NCBI GenBank assembly: GCA_965243335.1
Contig: OZ251545.1
Location: 2,030,226 to 2,094,225, forward strand
DNA length: 64,000 bases
Origin: Gammaproteobacteria bacterium
GTDB taxonomy: Bacteria > Pseudomonadota > Gammaproteobacteria > HK1
Direction of reading: 5' to 3'
A program made the position numbers and the translations under genes. The notes under the pieces were generated by a model. The model saw only the letters and a list, made by a program, of their open reading frames with translations, was not told the origin of the DNA and did no database searches. Below are positions 1 to 8,106 of this stretch, piece by piece. How positions within the stretch are numbered: the stretch's first letter is position 1; every line of letters begins with the position of its first letter.

Positions 1-975
1 GAGACCCGCTTCCGGGGGCGCGCCGACGGCTTCGAGTGCCCGTACCACCGTTGGCTCTACGGGCTCGACGGGCGGCTCGAGAGAAGCCCGGGCGAAGGGG
101 AGTTCCCGGTCTCCTTCGACCGGGGCCGCCACGGTCTCGCGCGGGCGCACGCCGCGACCTTCGCGGGGCTCGTCTTCGCGAGCCTCCACGAACGGCCGCC
201 GGACCTCGAGGAGTGGCTCGGGTCCATCCGGGACGCCCTGCGGGCCGCCCTCGGGGGAGACGGGCGCCTCCGCCTGCTCGGCTACCAGAAGGTGGAGTTC
301 GCGGCCAACTGGAAGGTCTACATCGACGACGAGGGCTACCACGCGCCCCTGCTGCACCGGGCTTTCCGGATCCTCAAGTGGCGGGGAGGGGAGGGGAGCC
401 AGCGCCGCGACCCGAACGGCCACCGGATCACCCGGACCCGCTCCGGCGCGCGCCCCGATGCGAGGCTCCTCCGCGACCCGGAGCTCATCGCGTACCGCGG
501 CGGGAACGACCCCCGCAACAAGTTTCCCGACCAGGCGGCGGGCTCCCTGCTGGTGACCCCCTGGCCGCTCGGGGCGGTCATGAACCACCTCGACGTCATC
601 AACGTCCGGCTCGCCAACCCCGTGGACCCCGCCCGGACGGAGGTCCACTACGCGTACTTTGCCCATGCGGACGACGATCCGGACATGGTCCGCCATCGCC
701 TCCGCCAGTCCTCCAACCTCATCGGCCCGAGCGGGTTCATCAGCCTGGAGGACGGCGCGGTGTTCGCGCGGATCCAGCGGGGCCTTCATTCGCGCCCCGA
801 CACCACCCGCTACGTCCGCGGCTGGAGCGACGACCCGGGCTACGATCCGTACGCGGTCTCGCAGAACGACGAGACCACGAACACCGTGTGGTGGGAGGTC
901 TATCGGCGGACGATGGGGTTCGAGCGGGGACGGGAGCCGCCGGCGCGCCCGGAGAGCCAGCCTCCGGTGGGATGA
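1..975 (+). CDS. Rieske-type aromatic ring-hydroxylating dioxygenase, alpha (large) subunit; 5-prime end cut by window edge
   Basis: Frame 1 is open from base 1. The first codons read ...RGRADGFECPYHRWLYGLDG (CPYH is the second half of a Rieske 2Fe-2S motif) and continue in frame into track ORF 292..975 (NWKVYIDDEGYHAPLLH...). Codons are GC3-rich. Confidence 0.75.
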   Translation, partial: ETRFRGRADGFECPYHRWLYGLDGRLERSPGEGEFPVSFDRGRHGLARAHAATFAGLVFASLHERPPDLEEWLGSIRDALRAALGGDGRLRLLGYQKVEFAANWKVYIDDEGYHAPLLHRAFRILKWRGGEGSQRRDPNGHRITRTRSGARPDARLLRDPELIAYRGGNDPRNKFPDQAAGSLLVTPWPLGAVMNHLDVINVRLANPVDPARTEVHYAYFAHADDDPDMVRHRLRQSSNLIGPSGFISLEDGAVFARIQRGLHSRPDTTRYVRGWSDDPGYDPYAVSQNDETTNTVWWEVYRRTMGFERGREPPARPESQPPVG

Positions 976-1008
976 GAACCGGCCCGCAGCTATCCGTTTC
1001 GGGAGACG

Positions 1009-1503
1009 TCAGAGCGGATACACGATCACCCCGGGGGTCGTGAACGTATCCATGACCACCCGCCGCTCGACGTAGCGGCAGCCGCCGCCGTCCACCCGGA
1101 TCCGATCCCGGTACTCGCCCGCGATGAAGAGGCTGGTGCGGCCCCGCGCATCGGTCGCGAACACCGTGAAGTTCGAGAGCGACCGGAGCAGCCCCGGGCC
1201 GCTCTCGTCGGCCTCCAGCCGCAACGGCTGGAGGAAGTGCCGGGTCCGGTAGTCCTCGAACGAGCCCGGCCAGACCTCGTCGACGAAGGTCGCGCGGTCT
1301 TCGAGGCGTTCCCGGCAGTCGTCCATCATCAGGCACAGCGGCAGTCCGTCCGCCTCGTTGTCGGCGCCGATGACGTAGTACGACCCGTCCTCGGTGAAGC
1401 AGTCCAGCCACGCATCCATGCGCCGGGAGTCGACGGCGTCGGCGTAGCGCCGCTCGAGCCGTCGCACCAGGGCGTTCACCCGCGGGTCGGTGATCTCGGT
1501 CAT
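1009..1503 (-). CDS. ring-hydroxylating dioxygenase beta (small) subunit, NTF2/SnoaL-like fold
   Basis: Track ORF of 164 aa. MTEITDPRVNALVRRLERRYADAVDSRRMDAWLDCFTEDGSYYV...GEYRDRIRVDGGGCRYVERRVVMD fits the typical beta-subunit pattern. Convergent with the alpha gene. Confidence 0.65.
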   Translation of the reverse strand: MTEITDPRVNALVRRLERRYADAVDSRRMDAWLDCFTEDGSYYVIGADNEADGLPLCLMMDDCRERLEDRATFVDEVWPGSFEDYRTRHFLQPLRLEADESGPGLLRSLSNFTVFATDARGRTSLFIAGEYRDRIRVDGGGCRYVERRVVMDTFTTPGVIVYPL

Positions 1504-1631
1504 GGCGGTGGTCGTGCGCCGCGCGGCGCGCCTCCCGGGCTCGATCCGGAACGGAGAGTGTACCCGCGAGGTCCGCGGCGGCGACGGGCGGGCGTGTCGG
1601 AGGGCTCCGGCGAGCCGCCCGTATTACTTCG

Positions 1632-1647
1632 CATAATGTATATTATG
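1632..1647. promoter_or_regulatory. AT-rich near-palindrome CATAATGTATATTATG (half-sites CATAAT-N4-ATTATG); candidate operator and/or -10 region
   Basis: 14 of 16 positions are self-complementary, inside the only AT-rich patch (about 1620-1665) of this GC-rich stretch. It lies 129 nt upstream of the beta-subunit start. Confidence 0.3.
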
Positions 1648-1725
1648 TCAAATAAAGAAAGCGTCTACGGCAAACGAGGACGAATGAAACGGCGTGTGCG
1701 GGGGCTGCGGGACACGCCGCGGCCC

Positions 1726-3003
1726 CTACGGGACGCGGGGCCGGACCGATGCGTTCCGGAGCCGGCCCCGCGCTGTACCGAGCCACCCGAGGCCGAGCAC
1801 GATGAGGACCGCCACGACCCAGAACGCGGCCCGGTAGCCGTCCGGGTGGTAGCCCCCGCCGGGTCCGGCCGGCCAGAGGTCGATGATGGCCCCGACGAGG
1901 TACTGCATCAGGAAGGCTCCGACGAAGAGCAGCAGGTTGAGGCCGGTCATGGCGCGCCCCGCGTAGCGGACCGTGAAGTGCGCGGAGATCGCCGGGTAGA
2001 CCACGATCGCGAGGTTGCTGAAGAAGCCGAAGGAGGCCCACACCCAGTACCCCCGCGGATGGACCTCGAAGATGAGGAGGACGAGGGGGACGAGCAGGAT
2101 GAAGCCGGAGAAGCGGACCACGCCGATCGCCCCCACCCCGATCCGGGCGAAGCCGTCCGCCACGACCCCGGTCACCAGCATCCCCGCGGTCAGGGCGAGG
2201 TTGAGGACGAGCAGGTGGCGGGCGACCTCCTCGGACGAGAGCCCGCCGACGTCGTGCAGCCAGGGCCCGGCCCAGAGACCCTGGAGCGAGAGCCCCGCCC
2301 CCATCGCGGCGATCGAGACCGGCACCACGCGCCAGAAGGTCCGGTCGCGGAAGATGTGGCCGAGGCCGGCGAAGGCCTCCCGCATCGAGTCCGCGCGCCC
2401 TTCCCGCTCGGACTCGTGCGCCGGCGCGACGAACAGGATGAGGACCGAGACCGCCGCCGTCACCGCCGCGAGGAAGTGGAATACGTCGCGCCAGGTCGCC
2501 CAGCCGAGGGCCATCTCGACCGGGGTGGTCGCGGCCATGGTCCCGAGCCCGCCGAACCCCATGAGGAGCCCGTTCACGAGCGGCCAGCGCCGGCGCGGGA
2601 ACCAGAGGGTGATGGCCTTGAAGGAGGCCATGAGCCCCCCCGCGAAGCCGACCCCGATGAGGGCCCGCCCGACCGTCAGCACCCCGAACGACTGGGCGAA
2701 CGAGAAGATCAGCGCCCCGGCGGTGGCCGCGAGGAGGAGCGCGAACTGCACCCGGCGCGGTCCGTACCGGTCGAGGAGGACCCCGAGGGGGAGCTGGAAG
2801 AGGCCGAAGCCCAGGAAGTACACCGAGGTCAGGAGCCCCAGGTCCCCTGCCCCGAGCCCGAACTCGGCGGCGAGCGTCGAGCCGATCACCGCGTTGATGG
2901 AACGGTAGAGGTAGGAGAGGAAGTAGCCGGCCCCGAACGGAAGGCAGACCACCGCGAAGAGCGCGATCATGCTACGGTGGCGCGTCGGCGTGCCGTTGTC
3001 CAT
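1726..3003 (-). CDS. MFS transporter
   Basis: Track ORF 1726..3063. About 12 hydrophobic segments and MFS-like loops (LLDRYGPRRV, GRALIGVGFAGGLM). Start placed at the internal ATG (MDNGTPTRHRSMIALFAV...); an ATG at 2970 is also possible. Confidence 0.8.
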   Translation of the reverse strand: MDNGTPTRHRSMIALFAVVCLPFGAGYFLSYLYRSINAVIGSTLAAEFGLGAGDLGLLTSVYFLGFGLFQLPLGVLLDRYGPRRVQFALLLAATAGALIFSFAQSFGVLTVGRALIGVGFAGGLMASFKAITLWFPRRRWPLVNGLLMGFGGLGTMAATTPVEMALGWATWRDVFHFLAAVTAAVSVLILFVAPAHESEREGRADSMREAFAGLGHIFRDRTFWRVVPVSIAAMGAGLSLQGLWAGPWLHDVGGLSSEEVARHLLVLNLALTAGMLVTGVVADGFARIGVGAIGVVRFSGFILLVPLVLLIFEVHPRGYWVWASFGFFSNLAIVVYPAISAHFTVRYAGRAMTGLNLLLFVGAFLMQYLVGAIIDLWPAGPGGGYHPDGYRAAFWVVAVLIVLGLGWLGTARGRLRNASVRPRVP

Positions 3004-3079
3004 CGTCGGCAGTCTATGCGCCGGCCGGCGGGGATGGAACGACGGGCCGGCCCGATGCGCCACCTGGAGTCGAGCTACG

Positions 3080-3976
3080 ATGCCCTCCTCCCCCTCCCCT
3101 TCCCGCTCCCCCTCCCCCCTCTGGCCCGCCCCGCTGCATCACCTCGCGCTCGAGAGCCCCGAGCCGGGCCGGCTGGCGGACTTTTTCGCCGCGGCCCTCG
3201 GGATGCGCCGTGAGCCCGCCCCGGGCGGCCGCGCCTCCCCGGAAGGCGGCGTGGTCCTCGCCGGACCGGGCCGGATCATCGTCGTCGAGCCGGGTCCCGA
3301 GCCGCGCGCCCGCCACGTCGCGTTCGGCATGGACGACCCCGCGCGGGTCGAGGCGCTGCGCGCGCGCTTCACGGGCCGGGGGATCGCGGCGGAGCCCGCC
3401 GACTCACCGTTCTTCCGCCCGGGATCGTTCCGGGTGTCCGCCCCGGACGGGGTTGCGCTCGTGTTCGGGGTCCCCGAGGCGCCGCCTCCTCCGGCGGCGG
3501 AGCCGGGCCGCGGCGGCCTGTGCGGTCGCCTCCAGCACGCGGTGTTCCGCACCCCGGACCCCGAGCCCCTCCTCTCCTTCCTGATCGACGAAGCGGGGTT
3601 CGTGCTGTCGGATCGGGTGGAGGACGACGCTCGCGCGCTGACGGCCGGCTTCGTCCGGTCCGACCCGGAGCACCACTCCCTTGCGGCCTTCCGGGCCTCG
3701 CGCCCGGCCTTCGACCACTTCGCGCTCGAGACCGGCGGATGGAACGACCTGCGCGACTGGGCGGACCACTTCGCCGCCCTCCGCGTTCCCATCTGGTGGG
3801 GCCCGGGGCGCCACGGCCCGGGCAACAACCTCTTCCTCATGATCCGGGACCCGGACGGCAACCGGATCGAGATCTCGGCGGAGCTGGAGCGTCTGGACCG
3901 CGACACGCCGCACCGGGTGTGGCCCGACGAGGAGCGGACCCTCAACCTCTGGGGAACCGCCTGGATGCGCGCCTGA
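3080..3976 (+). CDS. two-domain VOC-family protein, extradiol (catechol 2,3-type) dioxygenase-like
   Basis: Track ORF 2969..3976, start moved to ATG 3080. There are two glyoxalase/VOC-like halves (HHLALESPEP...HVAFGMDD and LQHAVFRTPDPE...FDHFALETGGWNDL...GPGNNLFLMIRDPDGNRIEISAE). Divergent from the MFS gene. Confidence 0.7.
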   Translation: MPSSPSPSRSPSPLWPAPLHHLALESPEPGRLADFFAAALGMRREPAPGGRASPEGGVVLAGPGRIIVVEPGPEPRARHVAFGMDDPARVEALRARFTGRGIAAEPADSPFFRPGSFRVSAPDGVALVFGVPEAPPPPAAEPGRGGLCGRLQHAVFRTPDPEPLLSFLIDEAGFVLSDRVEDDARALTAGFVRSDPEHHSLAAFRASRPAFDHFALETGGWNDLRDWADHFAALRVPIWWGPGRHGPGNNLFLMIRDPDGNRIEISAELERLDRDTPHRVWPDEERTLNLWGTAWMRA

Positions 3977-4012
3977 CCCCGGGAGGCCGGAGACCCGCCG
4001 GGCTTCCGGCGA

Positions 4013-4102
4013 TGGCGCCCGTAGCCGGACTCGAACCGGCACGGCCGAAGCCGACGGATTTCAAGTCGGCCGCATCTGCCTGATTCCATTCTCCGGACGG
4101 GA
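4013..4102 (-). pseudogene. degenerate tandem copy of tRNA-Leu (type II tRNA-like; anticodon-loop sequence CUUGAAA)
   Basis: The reverse complement ends ...CGGCTTCGGCCGTGCCGGTTCGAGTCCGGCTACGGGCGCCA, nearly identical to the 3-prime half of the neighbouring tRNA-Leu. The 5-prime half TCCCGTCCGGAGAATGGAATCAGGCAGATGCGGCCGA gives only 5 of 7 acceptor pairs, no D-stem, and a 3/5 anticodon stem (or a 9-nt loop). Confidence 0.45.
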
Positions 4103-4111
4103 TGGAGGCGA

Positions 4112-4197
4112 TGGTGCCCGGAGCCGGACTCGAACCGGCATGGCCGAAGCCGGCGGATTTTAAGTCCGCTGTGTCTACCTGATTCCACCATCCGGGC
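4112..4197 (-). tRNA. leuZ: tRNA-Leu (anticodon TAA)
   Basis: Reverse complement GCCCGGATGGTGGAATCAGGTAGACACAGCGGACTTAAAATCCGCCGGCTTCGGCCATGCCGGTTCGAGTCCGGCTCCGGGCACCA. It has a perfect acceptor stem, a GCGGA/TCCGC anticodon stem, a long variable arm, a TTCGAGT T-loop and a CCA end. Confidence 0.9.
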
Positions 4198-4243
4198 GGG
4201 AAGGATGCGCCCGGGGCGGGACGGCCGCCCCGGGCGACGTGGA

Positions 4244-4317
4244 TGGAGGCTGAGGTCGGAATCGAACCGGCGTCGACGGCTTTGCAGGCCGCTGCATGAC
4301 CACTCTGCCACTCAGCC
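4244..4317 (-). tRNA. cysT: tRNA-Cys (anticodon GCA)
   Basis: Reverse complement GGCTGAGTGGCAGAGTGGTCATGCAGCGGCCTGCAAAGCCGTCGACGCCGGTTCGATTCCGACCTCAGCCTCCA folds as a cloverleaf with loop CTGCAAA. Confidence 0.93.
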
Positions 4318-4364
4318 CGCGGAGTGGGCCTCCCGGCCGGGAGGAACGGGCCGGGAAGACGAGT

Positions 4365-4440
<76 letters not shown>

Positions 4441-4476
4441 ATCGCCCGGCGATTCTAGGTCCGCGGCGCGCGGGGT

Positions 4477-5043
4477 TCAAGCGCCCTTCCCCGCCTCCGC
4501 CCGCAGCAGGCTCCGGGCGGCGGCGAGGTACCGGACCATCGACCACAGGGTGAGCGCGGTCGCCAGGTAGAGGAGCCCCAGGCCGATCCGGTAGTACTCC
4601 CCGGGCGTGTCCGCGGACCCGTACAGCATGAGGGTGATGGCCGCGAGCTGGCAGAAGGTCTTGAACTTGCCGAGCATGACGACCGCGACCCGCCGGTGCT
4701 CGCCGATGCGCGCCATCCACTCCCGGAGCGCCGAGATCGTGATCTCGCGCCCGATGATGATGGCGGCGGGAAGCGCGACCCAGATTTCGGGGTTGGCCTG
4801 GACCAGCAGCACGAGGGCCACCGCGACCATGAGCTTGTCGGCCACCGGATCGAGAAAGGCCCCGAAGATGGTGATCTGCTTCAGCCGGCGGGCGAGGAAG
4901 CCGTCCAACCAGTCGGTGACGCCGGCGAGCGCGAACGCGATCGCGCAGACCTCGTTCGCCCACGGCGCCGGGAGGTAGAACACCACCACGAAGACCGGGA
5001 TCAACGCGATACGGAACAGGGTGAACGCGATGGGTACGTTCAT
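4477..5043 (-). CDS. pgsA: CDP-diacylglycerol--glycerol-3-phosphate 3-phosphatidyltransferase
   Basis: Track ORF of 188 aa: MNVPIAFTLFRIALIPVFVVVFYL...GVTDWLDGFLARRL...FLDPVADKLMV (CDP-alcohol phosphatidyltransferase motif). ATGA overlap with the uvrC stop. Confidence 0.92.
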   Translation of the reverse strand: MNVPIAFTLFRIALIPVFVVVFYLPAPWANEVCAIAFALAGVTDWLDGFLARRLKQITIFGAFLDPVADKLMVAVALVLLVQANPEIWVALPAAIIIGREITISALREWMARIGEHRRVAVVMLGKFKTFCQLAAITLMLYGSADTPGEYYRIGLGLLYLATALTLWSMVRYLAAARSLLRAEAGKGA

Positions 5044-6905
5044 TCCCCTTCCCGCAGCCGTTCGTAGACCTCCCGCGCGAGCCGGGCGCTGACGCCCCGG
5101 ACCCGGGCGAGGTCCTCGACCCCCGCCCGCCTCACCCCCGGCAGCCCCCCGAACTCGGTCAGCAGCCGCTGGCGAAGCACCGGGCCGACGCCGGGCAGGG
5201 TCTCGAGGGTCGAGGTGCGGCGGCGCCGGGCGCGCTGCGACCGGTGCCCGGTGATCGCGAACCGGTGCGCTTCATCCCGGATCTGCTGGATGAAGTGGAG
5301 CGCCGGAGAGTCCTCGCGCAGATCGAGGGGGGACGCGCGCCCCGGGCGGAACACCGACTCGAAGCCCGGCTTGCGGCCCGGCCCCTTGGCGACCGCGGCC
5401 GTCTCGACGCCGGTCAGGGCCAGCTCCTCCAGAACCTCGAGGGCGCGTCCGAGCTGGCCGCGGCCGCCGTCGATCAGCAGGAGATCCGGGAGGGGGGGCG
5501 CCTCCTCGGCCTCGGCCCCGCCCTCGTCCCGGCCGCTCGAGGAGGCGAAGCGGCGGGCCAGCGCCTGACGCATCGCCGCGTAGTCGTCCCCCGCGGTCAC
5601 CCCGCGGACGTTGAACCGCCGGTAGTCGGACTTGAGCGGCCCTTCCGGGCCGAACGCCACGCAGGAGGCGACGGTCGCCTCCCCGTCCGTATGGCTCACG
5701 TCGAAGCACTCGATGCGGGCGGGCGGTTCGGGGAGCTCCAGGGCCTGGGCGAGGGCGGCGAGGCGGTCGTTCAGGGTGGACCGATCGGCGAGCCGCTGGC
5801 GGAGGGCGACGTCGGCGTTCTCTCGCGCCATCTCCACCCAGCGCGCCCGGTTTCCCCGCCGCCCCATGCCGATCGAGACCTTGCGGCCCGAGCGCCGGGA
5901 GACCGCTTCGACGAGCGGCTCGAGCCCCTCCAGCGGGCGGTCGAGCACGATGCGGCGGGGGATGAACCGCTCGTCGGACAGGTAGTACTGCGCGAGGAAG
6001 GCGTCGAGGATGTCCTCCTCGGTCGCTCCCAGGAGATTGCGCGGCACGCGGGTGTGGCTGCCGAGGTTCCGGCCGTTCCGGATCTCCATGACCTGGACGA
6101 CCCCGACCCCCTCCCCGCGGCGCACCGCCACCACGTCGACGTCCCCCTTCGCCCCGCCCACGTACTGGCGTTCCTGGACCCGGCGCAGGCCCGAGATCTG
6201 GTCCCGGTAGCGGGCCGCGAGCTCGAAGTCGAGGCGTTGGGAGGCGGCCTCCATGCGCTCGACCAGCTCCTCGATCATGGCCTCGCTCCGGCCTTCGAGG
6301 AACATGGCGGCATGGCGGACGTCCTCGGCGTAGTCGGCCCGGTCGACGAGCCCCACGCACGGCCCGCTGCACCGGTCGATCTGGTACTGGAGGCAGGGCC
6401 GGGAACGGTTGCGGAAGAACGCGTCCGTGCACTGCCGGACCCGGAACAGCTTGTGGATGAGCGCGATGGTCTGGCGCACCGCCCCGGCGTTCGAGAAGGG
6501 CCCGAAGTACCGGCCCGCCGCACGCCGCGCGCCGCGGTGGAAGACGAAGCGGGGAAAGGAAGTCTGCTCCGCGAGGTGGATCCACGGATAGCTCTTGTCG
6601 TCCCGCAGGATGATGTTGTAGCGCGGCCGGTGCTCCTTGATGAGGTTGTTCTCGAGGAGCAGCGCCTCGGTCTCGGTGTGGGTGACCGTGACCTCCACCG
6701 CCGCGGTGCGCGCGAGAAGCGCCCTCCCCTTCTCGTCCCGCGCCCCGCCCCGCAGCCAGGAGGAGAGGCGCCGCCGGAGGTTGCGCGCTTTCCCGACGTA
6801 GAGGACCCGCTGGCGGCGATCGACCATGCGGTAGACGCCAGCGCGGCTCGGCGCCGTCTTGAGGAAGGCGCCGGCATCGAAGCGCGCCGCCGCATCGTCC
6901 AGCAT
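5040..6905 (-). CDS. uvrC: excinuclease ABC subunit C
   Basis: Track ORF of 621 aa. N-terminal GIY-YIG (GVYRMVDRRQRVLYVGKARNLRRRL) and a C-terminal HhH region. Synteny uvrY-uvrC-pgsA. Confidence 0.95.
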   Translation of the reverse strand: MLDDAAARFDAGAFLKTAPSRAGVYRMVDRRQRVLYVGKARNLRRRLSSWLRGGARDEKGRALLARTAAVEVTVTHTETEALLLENNLIKEHRPRYNIILRDDKSYPWIHLAEQTSFPRFVFHRGARRAAGRYFGPFSNAGAVRQTIALIHKLFRVRQCTDAFFRNRSRPCLQYQIDRCSGPCVGLVDRADYAEDVRHAAMFLEGRSEAMIEELVERMEAASQRLDFELAARYRDQISGLRRVQERQYVGGAKGDVDVVAVRRGEGVGVVQVMEIRNGRNLGSHTRVPRNLLGATEEDILDAFLAQYYLSDERFIPRRIVLDRPLEGLEPLVEAVSRRSGRKVSIGMGRRGNRARWVEMARENADVALRQRLADRSTLNDRLAALAQALELPEPPARIECFDVSHTDGEATVASCVAFGPEGPLKSDYRRFNVRGVTAGDDYAAMRQALARRFASSSGRDEGGAEAEEAPPLPDLLLIDGGRGQLGRALEVLEELALTGVETAAVAKGPGRKPGFESVFRPGRASPLDLREDSPALHFIQQIRDEAHRFAITGHRSQRARRRRTSTLETLPGVGPVLRQRLLTEFGGLPGVRRAGVEDLARVRGVSARLAREVYERLREGE

Positions 6906-7091
6906 GGGAGAAGGATACCCGCAACCGTGCGGCTCGAGGTAGGGGGCGCCCGCCCGCCGCCCTTCGCCGGGGGCGTCGGCCCGCGCCCGCCCCGCCCTTC
7001 CCCACGGGCGCGCAGCACGCCGGCCGGAAGGCCCGCGGGGGGCGGGCCTCCCTGCCCGCCCCCCGGGTCTCCGCCGGGGTTCCCGGTCCGG

Positions 7092-7760
7092 TCAACAGAG
7101 GAAGTCCAGCTTCACCAGCCGGTGCCGGAACGCCATCAGGGCGATTTCCACGTCCGAACGGACCTCGAGCTTGCGCAGCACTCGACTTCGCAAGGTGCTG
7201 ATCGTCTTCGGGCTTCGCGCCAGCGCGTCGGCGATCTCCGCCACCCTGCGCCCCTTGGCGATCCAGGTCATGACCTCGATCTCCCGCGGGGTGAGCGCGT
7301 CGAGAGGCGACAGCCGGCCGCTCACCCGATCGAGCACGATGTTGCGCGCCACCCGCGCGTCGAGGTACTTGCGGCCCCGGCGGACCTCCCGGACCGCCTC
7401 CACGAACTCTTCCGGGGAGCTCGCCTTCGTGACCACGCCGTCGACGCCCATCTCGAGAAGGCGCAGGGAGACGCTCGGGTCCACCCTCGGGCTGAGCGCG
7501 AGAAGCCGGATCGATTCGTCCAACCGCCGCAGCAGGCGGGTCGCTTCCACCGCTCCGATGCCGGGGAGGTTGACGTCGAAGACCACCACCTCCGGACATC
7601 GCTTCTTCACGAGGCGAACCGCCTCCTCTCCGTTGACCGCTTCGCCGATGACGTCGATGTTTCCGGTTGCTTCGAGCAGCCCCCGGATCAGGGAGCGGAC
7701 CAGAATCTCGTCCTCGACGAGTACTACCTTGATCGAGCCGATCCGGCTTTTCCGTTGCAT
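7092..7760 (-). CDS. uvrY: two-component response regulator, NarL/LuxR family (UvrY/GacA-like)
   Basis: Track ORF of 222 aa. Receiver domain (KVVLVEDEILVR...VVVFDVNLPG) plus a C-terminal LuxR HTH (LTPREIEVMTWIAKGRRVAEIADAL). SD GAGGAGG upstream. Located next to uvrC as in E. coli. Confidence 0.85.
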   Translation of the reverse strand: MQRKSRIGSIKVVLVEDEILVRSLIRGLLEATGNIDVIGEAVNGEEAVRLVKKRCPEVVVFDVNLPGIGAVEATRLLRRLDESIRLLALSPRVDPSVSLRLLEMGVDGVVTKASSPEEFVEAVREVRRGRKYLDARVARNIVLDRVSGRLSPLDALTPREIEVMTWIAKGRRVAEIADALARSPKTISTLRSRVLRKLEVRSDVEIALMAFRHRLVKLDFLC

Positions 7761-8106
7761 TGTTCCTCCTCAAATCGCATGATTCCGTCGCGGACGGTTC
7801 CGCCAAGGGGCTCCGTCCGCCCGGCCTCCCCGGGGGACCTTACTCCGGGGACCGGTGCGATGTGGTCAGGAGGAACGCTCAACGGGCGTAGGAATTCGGC
7901 TCGCGGTTCGTACCGATTTATCCTACAGCCTGCGGGAATCGCCTACTTCCCGGCGAGGAGATGCGAAGGCGCCGCGGCCGGCGCCGGCGCCGGGCCCGGG
8001 GCGCCGGGCCGGTTCCGGCCTGGCGGCTCGCCGGCTTGCGGGGCGGTCCCGCAGGCTCGAAGGCGGGCAGCGGCCCGCCCCCGCCGGGCGGGCGGGGCCG
8101 GACGGG

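Noticed and set aside
4040-4075. The plus-strand reading TTTCAAG in the degenerate tRNA copy would give a UCA (selenocysteine-type) anticodon.
   Set aside because: The T-arm (GGTTCGAGTCC) and CCA end are on the minus strand only, and no acceptor or T-arm can be built on the plus strand.
7850-7970. A lower-GC patch upstream of uvrY/gacA with five GGA-containing motifs (AGGAGGA, AGGAA, GGGAA, AGGAGA), considered as a possible Rsm/Csr-type sRNA given the adjacent GacA-like regulator.
   Set aside because: The enrichment is mild (about 5 observed against about 2 expected). The GGA motifs are not displayed in obvious hairpin loops. There is no GacA box (TGTAAG-N6-CTTACA) and no terminator. It is more simply the uvrY promoter region.
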